A stretch of DNA of 64,000 nucleotides from an uncultured Candidatus Saccharibacteria bacterium (GTDB lineage: Bacteria; Patescibacteriota; Minisyncoccia; Minisyncoccales; CAZKCU01): assembly GCA_964551595.1 (NCBI GenBank), contig CAZKCU010000001.1, forward strand, positions 65,246-129,245, given 5' to 3'. The position numbers were made by a program, and so were the translations under genes. The notes beneath the pieces are model-generated. The model was not told where the DNA came from and did no database searches. It worked only from the letters and a program-made list of their open reading frames with translations. Positions 10,406-21,900 of the stretch are shown piece after piece (position 1 is the stretch's first letter; the number at the start of each line of letters is the position of its first letter).

Positions 10406-12841
10406 TTACTTCTCTAATCTTTCTGGGGGAACTTCTTCAATTGGGGGCTGGCTTGGCTGAATCCCCTCCAAAGCCGGCTTTCCAGCTCTCAAATTAGCCA
10501 AAATATTTTTAACTTCTGAATTTTCAAGGTTTAATTTTTCAATCCTTTCAAATTGGTCAATTGCTCCCTTTTTATTTTCCTCCCGGTCATAAATCAATCC
10601 CAGAAAATAACGGGCATTGGAATAATTTTCATCTAATCCTATAGCTCTTTTAAATTCTCCTTTCGCTTTCTCAAATTGCTCATCATTATAATAAATAACA
10701 CCTAATTGAAAGGCAAGACCTGCATCAAGTGGTGCCACCTGCTTGATTGTCTCAATTTTATCTATTGCCTCCTCAGTTTTTCCCTCTCTAACATAAATCA
10801 TCGCAATCTGGAAATGGGCCGGGGCATAATCATCTTTAAGTGAAAGAGCCCGTTCAAAATTTTCCAAAGCTAATCTAAAATTTTCTTGCCCTTCTCCTTC
10901 ACCTAAATCAAATTTTAAAATATAAACTCTGCCAATCTCAGTAAAGATATAAGGATTTGTCGGCTCCAATTCCTCTGCCTTCTGATAGGAATTCAGGGCC
11001 CAGTCCCCGGCGCCTCCAACTATTCCCATCATATTCCGATAAACAAATCCTCTGACATTCCAATTAGCGACATTAACTTCATTTAACCTGGCTGCCTCTT
11101 TTGCCGAATTTATAGCTCCAGTTATAAGAATTTGGTTCTGGGAAGTCATCTCCTCAGCATTTAAATCAGTTCCCTGTAAAACTTCGTCTAATCTTACTAA
11201 ATAAAGCTGGGAGATATCTCGCCAATAAATATCTAAGCCTGGATTTAAATTAATTGCTTCTTTTAGACGTAAAATCGCCTGCTCTGTTTGGGCCGCTTGC
11301 CAATCTCTCAACCCCTGAAGATACTTTATTTCAGCCATATATTTTTGGGTTCCAAGGAAAAGAAATCCAATGCTAAAAATTAAAACCAAAACTAAGCAAA
11401 AAGATACTCCTACCGCCAGAGAAGAGCCAGGACTAATCTCCCAAGATTTAATTTTTCTTTTATCAAGAGCTGTAAAGCCTGCCAGTAATATCCAAAAAAC
11501 TAAGTTTAAAGAAAAATTGGCAGGATAAAGAAGTTGACTCACAGCTACTCCACCAAAAGCCGAAAAAACTCCCAGCCCAAACAAGAAAGGTATTCCATCT
11601 TTCATATCTCTGGCTTTTTCTCTTAAATATCTAAAACCCAGCCAGAAAAACATTCCAAAAATAGAAATTAAAGAAAGGATTCCAAGAATTCCGGTGGTGA
11701 TTAATTTATCAAGAATTTCTGAAGCCCCTGACGCAAATCTGGTATTCCAAAAAATTGTCTGATTTAGGTCTTTTGATTTAAATTTTGAGAAATTATAGAC
11801 AAAATTTCCCGGTCCCGTACCCAAAATAGGAGATTTAGCTAAGCTACTTCTGGCAATGCTGATTTCTGCTCTCTGGCTTGGGGAAACCTCAAAAGGAGTT
11901 TGGGGAAGGCCGGGCAAAGAAAACCTGAAAATAACAAAAAACAAAGCAATAATTAAAAGAGCTATTGAGAACTGAATCCCACCAGCTTGGATAGTCTTAA
12001 TGTTAAGCATCTGAAAAATAAAAAGTACTGCTGCCCCAATAATTAAAACCAACCAGGCCACCCAAAAATTAACCAAAACTAAACCAACCAACATTACTAA
12101 AGCAAAAATTGCTAACATCATTCGCATCCACTTTTTCGCAATAAGCATTAGGATAATTGTCAAAGGAAGCAAAATAGCTAAAAATACGGCCAGCGAATTT
12201 ACTGTTCCGATAGTGTTAAAAGAAATAATTCTGGTGAAATCCCAGGATAAGATAAATTTACCAAAGAGTTGAAGCCCGCCAAAGACTGCTGCTAAAAATC
12301 CTGAACTAACTAAAGCAAGAAAAAGCCAAAAAATCTCTTGCTTTTTTGTAAAAACATTGGCGATTAAGAAATATAAAATTCCGAAACAAAGCAATGTTAA
12401 AAATCCAGCGCTAACATTAAGTGGAAATCCCCAAAAACTTCCGTAAGTTGATAAAGAAAAAAGAGTTGAAAACCCATAAACCACCAGCATTATTACTATT
12501 GGAAGGGAAAGCCGGCTTAGATTAAATTCAAATCTGCCAGAAACTAAAATTTTCAAAATCCAGGCAAAAAGGGCTAAAATTACTAAAATCCCCATCAAGG
12601 CCTGCTTGTTAAAATCAAGAACATTAAGAGTCCAGGGAAGAAAAAATAGAGGCGTTAGAAATACCAAAAGATAAATACTAATCTTGGCAATTTTATCCCA
12701 AAGTTCAACCTTCTTAGGAATCTGGATTTTGGTATCTGGAGTTTCCTCAACTTTGGTAGGAGAACTCCCTTGTCTCAGAGAATTTTTTCCAGGAATGTTA
12801 GACATCGGATGTCTAATATTAATTTTTATTGGAACTTTCAT
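10406..12841 (-). CDS. Polytopic membrane protein with O-antigen-ligase-like (Wzy_C) core and C-terminal TPR repeats
   Basis: 811 aa. About 12 hydrophobic helices, then a soluble C-terminal half with repeated TPR-like A..Y/F..A..L.P patterns. An alternative start at 12805 (MSNIPG) lies inside the palindrome. Confidence 0.6.
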   Translation of the reverse strand: MKVPIKINIRHPMSNIPGKNSLRQGSSPTKVEETPDTKIQIPKKVELWDKIAKISIYLLVFLTPLFFLPWTLNVLDFNKQALMGILVILALFAWILKILVSGRFEFNLSRLSLPIVIMLVVYGFSTLFSLSTYGSFWGFPLNVSAGFLTLLCFGILYFLIANVFTKKQEIFWLFLALVSSGFLAAVFGGLQLFGKFILSWDFTRIISFNTIGTVNSLAVFLAILLPLTIILMLIAKKWMRMMLAIFALVMLVGLVLVNFWVAWLVLIIGAAVLFIFQMLNIKTIQAGGIQFSIALLIIALFFVIFRFSLPGLPQTPFEVSPSQRAEISIARSSLAKSPILGTGPGNFVYNFSKFKSKDLNQTIFWNTRFASGASEILDKLITTGILGILSLISIFGMFFWLGFRYLREKARDMKDGIPFLFGLGVFSAFGGVAVSQLLYPANFSLNLVFWILLAGFTALDKRKIKSWEISPGSSLAVGVSFCLVLVLIFSIGFLFLGTQKYMAEIKYLQGLRDWQAAQTEQAILRLKEAINLNPGLDIYWRDISQLYLVRLDEVLQGTDLNAEEMTSQNQILITGAINSAKEAARLNEVNVANWNVRGFVYRNMMGIVGGAGDWALNSYQKAEELEPTNPYIFTEIGRVYILKFDLGEGEGQENFRLALENFERALSLKDDYAPAHFQIAMIYVREGKTEEAIDKIETIKQVAPLDAGLAFQLGVIYYNDEQFEKAKGEFKRAIGLDENYSNARYFLGLIYDREENKKGAIDQFERIEKLNLENSEVKNILANLRAGKPALEGIQPSQPPIEEVPPERLEK
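12798..12816. promoter_or_regulatory. Second copy of the palindrome TTAGACATC-G-GATGTCTAA
   Basis: Identical 19-mer to 3381-3399 with similar AAT(R)/(Y)ATT flanks. Sits in the 5' end or leader of the Wzy_C/TPR gene, just downstream of the giant gene. Confidence 0.5.
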
Positions 12842-12906
12842 AGTATTTTAAATTTTAGCAAATTACGAAATAAATGCAAGAAAGAAGAAATTAGAACTGC
12901 CCCTAT

Positions 12907-15900
12907 TCAATCAATGTCGGGTGTTGGTTCCTCCACTGCTGGTTCTTCAGCTGGTGGTTCTTCTGCAAGTGGTTCTTCTTCCGCAGGTGGTTCTTCTGCT
13001 GGTTCTTCAACTGCTGGTTCTTCAACTGCTGGTTCTTCAGACTTAGGCTCGGTATTACAACCTTCATTATACCAGAAACCTGCAGCAGTTTCACATTCAG
13101 CTTGGGTCGTACATAAGGTCAAGTGAGTTGCGTCGCAAACATCTGGTGTTGAACCATCAGTTAAATCATCGCTCCCTGAGTTGTCGGTATTTGATACCGA
13201 CAGACTATTACCATCACTCCCTTCTCCGCTTGAACCACTGTTACTATCAATACTTTGAATCTGGTTTTTCATCAACAATTCTTCCAATTGATTTTTGTCA
13301 ACGCAAATTGTTTCGCCATCATCTCCTTCAAGACATAATTTTTTGGCAAATATTTTTTCGGCAATCAATTCTCTCACCTTAACAATGCCATCCTTTATTA
13401 ATAATCCTAATTTCTCTAAGCTCTTTTTTATTGCTAAAGTAAATTGGTCTAAAATTGTTGGCTGTTCTTCCGAAGTTTCTGAAGAAGTCTCGTTGTTATC
13501 TATTAACTGTTCATTATCATCAGATGTGGCGAGCGAGCCGTCGTCTAAGAGCTGACCCAATGACCAGTGAGGATTAACAAAAACCATAATCTTACCAATT
13601 TCGCTTTCGACAGTGGTGCATTCTTCTGCTTCTTCATTCTTAGCAGTTTCTTCATTCCCAGTAATTACTGTTTCACATTGAGTTATAGTGCCATTAAACG
13701 GTTCTAAAGCCATTCCAATTACTCTTCCTGGCTCAGTGGATTTCATCGCAATTCCTGACTCTGAAGAAGAAGTTAAGGGATCGCCAACAGTAATCTCGCC
13801 TCCTTCCAAAGAAACCTTTACCGGCACATCTCCAAGGTAAGCTACTGGTATACCGGGGAATTCATCAAGTTCTAAATTGCCTTCTCTCATTTCTTCTTTC
13901 CAGTTATGGGGATAACTGATAAAACCTGCTTTTTCAGCTACCACTCCCAGGAGAGTGTTTTGATAAAGTAGAGAGGTTTTAGATACTTTTTTGTCTTCAC
14001 TAATTACTATTAATTCTCCAATTTCATAATCTTCTTTTTCTCCTTCAATGAAATGCATGGAAATATAGGGGGAGAAGGTACTCCAGGCTACATCAGCATA
14101 GGCAGTTCCATCTGTATCAAAACGGTATCTTTCTACTCCTCCTGAATAAATATGGAGAGGATAAGTTGGGTTCATGGTACCGATACCGACATTTCCTCCG
14201 TAAATAAATGAATCAGCATAAGAAACATATATCTGACCGCCAACCACCACTGCTGTCTGAATCTTACCGTCAGAAGACATGACTACCCCACGCCAGTATC
14301 TATCTGAATCTTTGGCTGTCCAGGTGTCACCGTAGTCGGTGGAAACATAGATCTGGCCATTATTCACTACCGCCGTCTGAACCTTACCGTCAGAAGATAT
14401 AGCCACTTCCCACCAGCTTCTACTTGAATCTTTGGCTGTCCAGGTATTGCCGTAGTCAGTGGAGACATAAATTTGGTCACCATCCGCCGCCGCCGTCTGA
14501 ACCTTACCGTCAGAAGACATGGCTATTCCAAGCCACCATCTATCTGAATCTTTGGCTGTCCAGGTATTGCCGTAGTCAGTGGAGACATAAATTTGGCCCC
14601 CATCATCCGTGGCCGTCTGAATCTTACCGTCAGAAGACATGGCCACCCCATACCAATCTCTACTCGAATCTTTAGCTGTCCAGGTATTGCCATAGTCTGT
14701 AGAGACATAGATTTGGCCGCTAGAAACCGTGGCTGTTTGAATTTTACCGTCCGAGGACATGGCTACTTTTTGCCAATTCCTACTTGAATCTTTGGCTGTC
14801 CAGGTATTGCCGTAGTCAGTGGAGACATAGATTTGGCCAGTCACGACCACCACTGTCTGAATCTTACCGTCAGAAGACATGGCTACTCCTCTCCAATCCC
14901 TACTTGAATCTTTGGCTGTCCAGGTATTGCCGTAGTCAGTGGAGACATAAATTTGGCCAGGAGCACCATCCGCTGCTGTCTGAACCTTGCCATCAGAGGA
15001 CATGGCTACTCCAAGCCAGCTTCTATCTGAATCTTTGGCTGTCCAGGTATTGCCGTAGTTAGCCAACCCCCACTGATTTTCTTTGACCCCAACTCTGCCA
15101 AAATACATTCCTCCTTCCAAACTTGAGAGTAAAACATTGTCAGTTGAAAGATAACCTGCCTTAAGGGTAGAAGATAAATCTCCAGCAATGGTTAGTTTTT
15201 GAAACGGACTCTCTGTCCCTATACCGACATTACCAGAAAAATAATGTTTATCTGACCCAGCAGCATAAATTCCATAATCATAATTAAAGCTATCTGCGTA
15301 AAGCTGTAGTCCGTAGGAAATTGTGGCTTTATCAGCTTGTAAGTTATTAGCAATCCTTAATCCCACAGCTTCTGTGATTGTCCCGCCCGTAGAACCATCA
15401 AGAATAAACTCTGCAGCACGCATTGTTGTAACACTATGGTCTTTAGAGTCAGCACTAATTGATAGACCTTCAAGAACGGCTACATCGTTTCCTTCATCTC
15501 CTGGAGCTTCTGTGCGTGCTTTTAATTCCATACCTCTGATTGTTCCTGTTGATGCTAAAATGCCATTGCTAATATCAATGTATGCTCCCCGTAGGGTACC
15601 GGTCATAGCAGTGTCATCGGTATGCAAGCCAGTAACCCGTAAAAGAGTATCCCCGCCTGCTGCTGTAGTAGTTTCGGAAAGATGTAATAAGTGGCTTGGA
15701 CTCGCTGTCCCGATGCCGACGTTGCCGGACTTATCAATAACCATTTTGCCTGCAGCATCACCATCTTGGACATAAAATAAATTGCTATCCTTGTAGGCCA
15801 CAAGCCCTGACTCAGTATCCCCCTGATAGGCAGAATCAAGAGTAAGATTGAGGTTACCAGTAATTTCGGAAACAGTAAAGATTTCTGACTTAATTTTAAT

Positions 15901-18900
15901 GGCGTCTCCTACAATCAACTCTGTGGTAAATGCTGTGCCAGTGCCCACTACAGCCGTAGATAGACTGGTCACTGCCACCGTGCCTGTTAGAGCGGTGTTT
16001 AAATTACCTTTGACATCTAAATTGGCGGTTGGTGCCGTTGTCCCGATACCTAAATTACCAGCGATATAAGCATCGCCGCTTTGTTTAACATAAAACTTAT
16101 CAACTTCAAAAACATCTTCTTGAGGGCCAGCGTTATCAAAATCAAAAATAGAAGGATGGCCACCGAAATTATTAGGATAGCCAAACCAAAAATGAGTATT
16201 AGTACCAAGAGCCAGACAATCTGAATTGGCAACGGTTACCGTTCCGGTTTGGACACTATCGGTGACGTTGAAAATAGTAAGTGTTAAGTTTACCGCATCT
16301 CTAGTGATAGTAATTCGGTATTCTTTGGCAAAATCAATAGTTATTCCTAGCCAGTTGCTCGAACCAGTTTGCCAAGTAGTCCCGTTATAATAATATTTTA
16401 TGTTGTTTTGGTCAGTTCTAGTTAGAGTAGGATTAGGATAGTAGCTATAGAAACCAAGATGGAGCAAACTAGTCGAAGTTGACCAATAATCAAATTCGCC
16501 AGTAGGCGAATTGGTCCCGGTCCAAATACCGAACTTGACGCCACAATAATTCGAGCCTTCGCAATAATTTTTAAGAGCTTCCACTTGGTAGCCGAAAGTT
16601 GAACCAATATTATTAGTAGTTCTTAGATAAACGTATGTTCCGCTAGTCGCAGCATAGCTGGCCCGATAAACACCGCTAGTTACTTGGCCATCACTACCAC
16701 CACCTTCGTAGTTGGTAAAGATACCATAAGTTTCACCATTATCTAAAGCAGCATCGGTATCAAATGTTTCTAGTGTTATAGGAGCATTAAAAATTCTTAG
16801 AAGTTTGCTTGATGCTCCTTCTCCTGAAGTACGTCCATAGATTTTTCCTAAAACTTCAAGTTTAACGGACGGATTGGTCGTCCCGATTCCGACGTTGCCA
16901 TCAACAGTGGCTAAAGCAGTGGTGGCAGTGCTTCTTAAGGTACCATAAACATCCAAAGCATATGCTGGCGTTGCCATCCCGATGCCCACGTTGCCGCCAA
17001 GAAAAGCAGCAGTATAGTTGTTTGTAGCGCCAGTTTGAGTATTGACGGTTAAGCCATAGGAGTTAGTAGCTCCAGCCGCAACCGCTCCAGCTTGAATCAA
17101 GAGTCCATGAGTGTTTGTAAGTGTTGCATTTGTACCTGCTATTGGAGCACCTGCGACCGCTAATGTAGCAGCATCTGTAATAGTGCTTGCTCCAACAAAC
17201 GAATAAGTCGGAGCTGTAATTAGAACCTCCCTTTGAGTTGTTAATGCTCCTGTTGCCCATTGCCTGCCAGCAGTTGTAATAGTTACGGCTGGTATTTCTG
17301 TTGAGAGCGTTTGATCGGTATTAACTGCTCCAGTATAAACAATGCCTGTTAATTCTCCTGTTGCTGTTGCCGTTTGTACAACTTGGAATTTTGCTGTAGG
17401 ATTCGTCGTCCCAATGCCGACATTGCCGTCTCCGTCTATAACTAAACGGGTAGTCAGTTGGCCACCACCTCCAGTGTTTTCATAGCCATAGCAATATGTC
17501 TGCTGGTTTCCAATCAATAAATCATAATCTCCGTCATTGTCTAGGTCGGCAAAGGCTGGACCAGCCCAAGCACTCACATCAGGAGTATCCCAGCTGGATT
17601 TTGCTATCCAAGTTGGGCTGGAAACAGTTCCGGTGTTTTCATAGCCATAGCTTATTCCACTATTGTCTCCAATCAATAAATCATAATCTAAATCATCGTC
17701 TAAGTCGGCAAAGGCTGGGCTAGCCCGAGTTCCCACATCAGAGGTATCCCAGTCTGATTTTGCTTCCCAGGTTGGACTGGAAACAGTCCCGGTGTTTTCA
17801 TAACCATAACTATATCCATCACTCGCTCCAATCAATAAATCATAATCTAAATCATTGTCTAAGTCGGCAAAGGCTGGTCTACTATAATCTCCCACATCAG
17901 GAACATTCCAGTCTGATTTTGCTGCCCAAGTTGGGCTGGAAACAGTTCCGGTATTTTCATAGCCAATGCTTATCCCATTCTCGGTTCCAATCAATAAATC
18001 ATAATCTAAATCATTGTCTAAGTCGGCAAAGGCTGGGGCAGCTTGCTTTCCTGCATCAGGGGGATCCCAGTCGCCTTTTCTTGTCCAGGTTGGACTGGAA
18101 ACAGTTCCAGTGTTCTCATAAGCATAGCTGTATCCGTTAGGCACTGATCCGTTCGAACCCACCCCAATCAATAAATCATAATCTAAATCATTGTCTAAGT
18201 CGGCAAAGGCTGGTCTAGGGTCAGCAGGCCCAGAAACATCCCAGTCAGATTCTGCTGCCCAGAAATCTATTGACTGCAGGCTTTTAAACAAGAAGGAGGA
18301 AAGACCAGTCTGAAGAATAGTTTCATTGTCTAAAGAAAGAATAGTATCGAGATATCTGTTAGCATCGTATCTTACTGATAACTGGGAAGTAGTAGTACTG
18401 GTAATTCTGACTTGACCAGCAATATCTAATTCCACCTCCGGGCTGGCTGTGGCAACACCGACCTTGCCGCTGGTTTCATACAAAACAGAATCAGTCAAAT
18501 CGGTGCTGGTGTTCCATTTAGGCAGATAGCCAGCAGTTCCGCTTCCAGTTACTCCTCCGGCTCCAGCAATGGTTGTCCAAGCCAAACTACCTGAGCCATC
18601 ATCCTTCAAAAACCCATCAGCAGTATGAGCAGAAGGCCAAGAATAGGTAAGGTTTTTTAGCTTGATAATATCTCCAGAACTATCTACCTGGAATTGAGAA
18701 GCAGAACCAACAGAAAAAAGAGAAGTAGGACTGGCTGTGCCGATGCCGATATTACCTCCATCATCTAAAACTAATTGATTACTAACTCCGTCAACATTCA
18801 TTACCAAATCACCATTAGAATCTACTTGAAAGTCAGCATAGACTGATTCATCTGCCTGAGTAAGACGAAGTTGAGGGTTAGAAGCGTCTAAAACGTCTAA

Positions 18901-21900
18901 TTTCCTATCTGGTCCAGTTGTGCCGATGCCGACGTTGCCCCCACTGGTGATAGATAAAGTTCCGCTGGAGCCACCAATAGTGCCACCAGAAGATAATTGA
19001 ATATCAGCTGTATAGTCAAAGGAATCACGGTAGATTTGAAGACCATAAGAAGTAGTGGCTATATTTGCCTGGAAGTTGTTAGCAATCCTTAAGCCGACAG
19101 CTGTAGTAACACTGGCTCCTGTTTGACCGTCTAAGATAAGTTCTGCTCCTCTTAAGGTGATGACAGTTTCATCCTTAGCATCAGCTGAAGCTGAGATTGC
19201 TTCCAGAGTGCCGACTGAACCTCCTGTCAGGTCAGAACCTGCAGCTCTGGCTTTAACTTCTATTCCTCTGATAGTGCCAGAGGAGCTGTCAAGTTCTCCG
19301 TTGGTGGCAACAAAGTAGCCAGCCCTTAGAGTGCCTGTTAAGGCATTGGTTCCTTGGGTCACCAAACTTCTTATTCCTTCGTCTCCTCCAACTGCTGTCT
19401 GGGTATAGCTAAGATCGAGCTTGGCCCCAGGATTTGTCGTCCCGATGCCCAGATTACCCTCTCCAGTTATTACCATGTTAGGAGTGGTGGCGGTAGCTAA
19501 GGCAGTAAAGAGATAGTTTTTGACTGTTACTCCTGAACTATGGGTAGCGGCCGTTGTTCCCAAAGCCCCTCTGGTTAAACCAGTAAACACGGTGTCGCTC
19601 TTATTTGTATAAGTCATAGCTTCTGAATCAATTAGCAAGGTTCCAACCGAAGGATAACCAGAGGTAGAGGCAACAGTGGCAGTAGTCTGACTGTCAGTCA
19701 TATCAGCTGAAAGGGTAGTATAGGTTGTCGGTGCCTGACCAACTCTTGTCCCTCCCGCCACCTCTAATCTTTCATAGGGTGCTGTCGTAGCGACGCCAAC
19801 TTTACCGTCTTGGTCTATAACTAAACGGGTAGTCAGTTGACCACCACTTCCGGTGTTCTCATAGGCATAACTTACTCCACCAGTGGCTCCAATCAATAAA
19901 TCATCATCTCCGTCATCGTCTAAGTCGGCAAGGGCAGGTCTAGCAGATCCCACATCAGGAGCATCCCAGTCAGATTTTCTTGTCCAGGCTGGGCTGGAAA
20001 CAGTTCCTGTGTTCTCATAGGCATAAACTCTATCACCACTGGCTCCAGTCAATAAATCATAATCTCCGTCATCGTCTAAGTCGGCAAGGGCAGGTGAAGA
20101 ATAAGAAAGTCCCACACTAGGAGCATCCCAGTCAGATTCTCTTGTCCAGGCTGGGCTGGAAACAGTTCCTGTGTTCTCATAACCCAAACTTACTCCGCTA
20201 ATTTCTCTAATCAATAAATCATAATCTCCGTCATTGTCTAAATCGGCAAAGCCAGGGCCACTCCCAGTCCCCACATCAGAGACATCCCAGTCAGATTTTC
20301 TTGTCCAGGTTGGGCTGGAAACAGTTCCGGTGTTCTCATAGGCATAACTTATTCCATCAAAGCTTCCAATCAATAAATCATAATCTCCGTCATCGTCTAA
20401 GTCGGCAAGGGCAGGAGCAGGCATAAGATCGCCTATATCAGGAGCATCCCAGTCAGATTCTCTTGTCCAGGCTGGGCTGGAAACAGTTCCTGTGTTCTCA
20501 TAGCCATAGCTTTGTCCATAATATCTTCCAATCAATAAATCATAATCTCCGTCATCGTCTAAGTCGGCAAAGGCAGGAGCAGAATAAGTTCCTACATCAG
20601 GGGCATCCCAGTCAGATTTTCTTGTCCAAAAATAAACTGCTTGCTGTAGACTCTTAAACAAGAAAGAGGAAAAACCAGTCTGAAAAGTGGTTTCACCTGA
20701 AGAAAGGAGGGTATTGAGATACTTGGCAGCATCGTATCTTACTGATAACTGGGGAGTGGTAGTGCTGGTAATTCTGGCTTGGCCAGCAATATCTAATTCC
20801 ACTTCCGGGCTGGCTGTGGCAATGCCAATATTGCCTCCAGTTTCATATAAAACAGAATCAGTCAAAGTAGTGCTGGTGCTCCATTTGGGAATGTATCCAG
20901 CAGTTCCGCTGCCAGTTACTCCTCCTGCTCCGCCAATGGTTGTCCAGGTTAAGGTTCCTGAACCGTCATCTTTTAAGAAACCATCAGCAGTATGAGATGA
21001 AGGCCAAGAATAGGTAAGGTTTTTTAGTTTGATAATATCTCCAGAAGTATCTATCTGGAATTGGGAAGAGGCACCAACAGAAAAAAGGGAAGTAGGGCTT
21101 GCCGTCCCGATGCCGACGTTGCCGCCATCGTCAGCTAAAATGACGTAACCCTTGGTAGCATCAGAAGTTGTTCTTAAAGTAAGATTACCCGAGGCAGCCG
21201 AAGAACCATAAATAATTGGAGAGGTAACTGAGGTTGAGAAAACAGGATTATTTATGGTAGCTATTGTTACATTACCTCCAGCTCCTCCATCAGTTACTGA
21301 AATATTGGTTCCGGCGGTTAAGACTCTTTCATCGGTTAAAGTGGCATTGACTGCTAAGGTAACGTACTGGGCGTCAGTGGGCACGCCGCCGCCAACCGCG
21401 CCCCATGATGTTCCGTTGTACATGTCGTACTGGTTGGTGGTTGTGTTGTAAATGAAAAGTCCTGTTGCTGGTGAAGAGATAGCATCTCTTTGGGCTTCTG
21501 TCATTCGCGGGGCAAGAAATCCTTTCTCCGTCGAGGTGAGGTCCAACAACGCCGTCGCCGCCGGCCCCGTCGTCCCGATGCCAATATTCCCGCCGGTCTG
21601 ATAGAGAATAGAATTTCCTAAACTGCCGGAGCTGGTCCAGATTGAAAGATAATTGGCAGAACCTGAACCGCCAATACCTCCTCCTCCACCACCACCAACC
21701 CGCAAAGTGCTCAAACACCTGCCGCCTTTCAAATCAGTACAAATATCACCTGTTGCCTGAATCCTTCCCTCAACATGGAAAGGATGAGCAGGATCTTCAA
21801 TTCCAATTCCAACATTACCGACTGAATCAATAGCAATTGCTACCCCCCCAAGGTATAAATCGCTGATTGAAGAATCTCTAACTTCCTGAGCAGAAATAAA

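Noticed and set aside
12770-13126. Plus-strand ORF encoding a Ser/Gly/Ala-rich 118-aa protein, and the 63-aa minus-strand ORF at 12903-13094
   Set aside because: These are antisense or off-frame shadows of the E/P/A/V-rich tail of the giant gene. They are low-complexity artefacts.
14222-15080. Perfectly phased 120-bp repeats that look at first like a satellite or CRISPR-like array
   Set aside because: There are no unique spacers. All units are in-frame within the 9.9-kb ORF and encode canonical Asp-box (SxDxGxTW) propeller blades.
14424-20657. Multiple plus-strand ORFs with internally repetitive peptides (NLWLSRYCRSQWRH..., QSINHNLNHCLSRQRL...)
   Set aside because: They are reverse-frame readings of the Asp-box and FG-GAP repeats of the giant gene. 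They stay open only because the repeats are stop-free on that frame.
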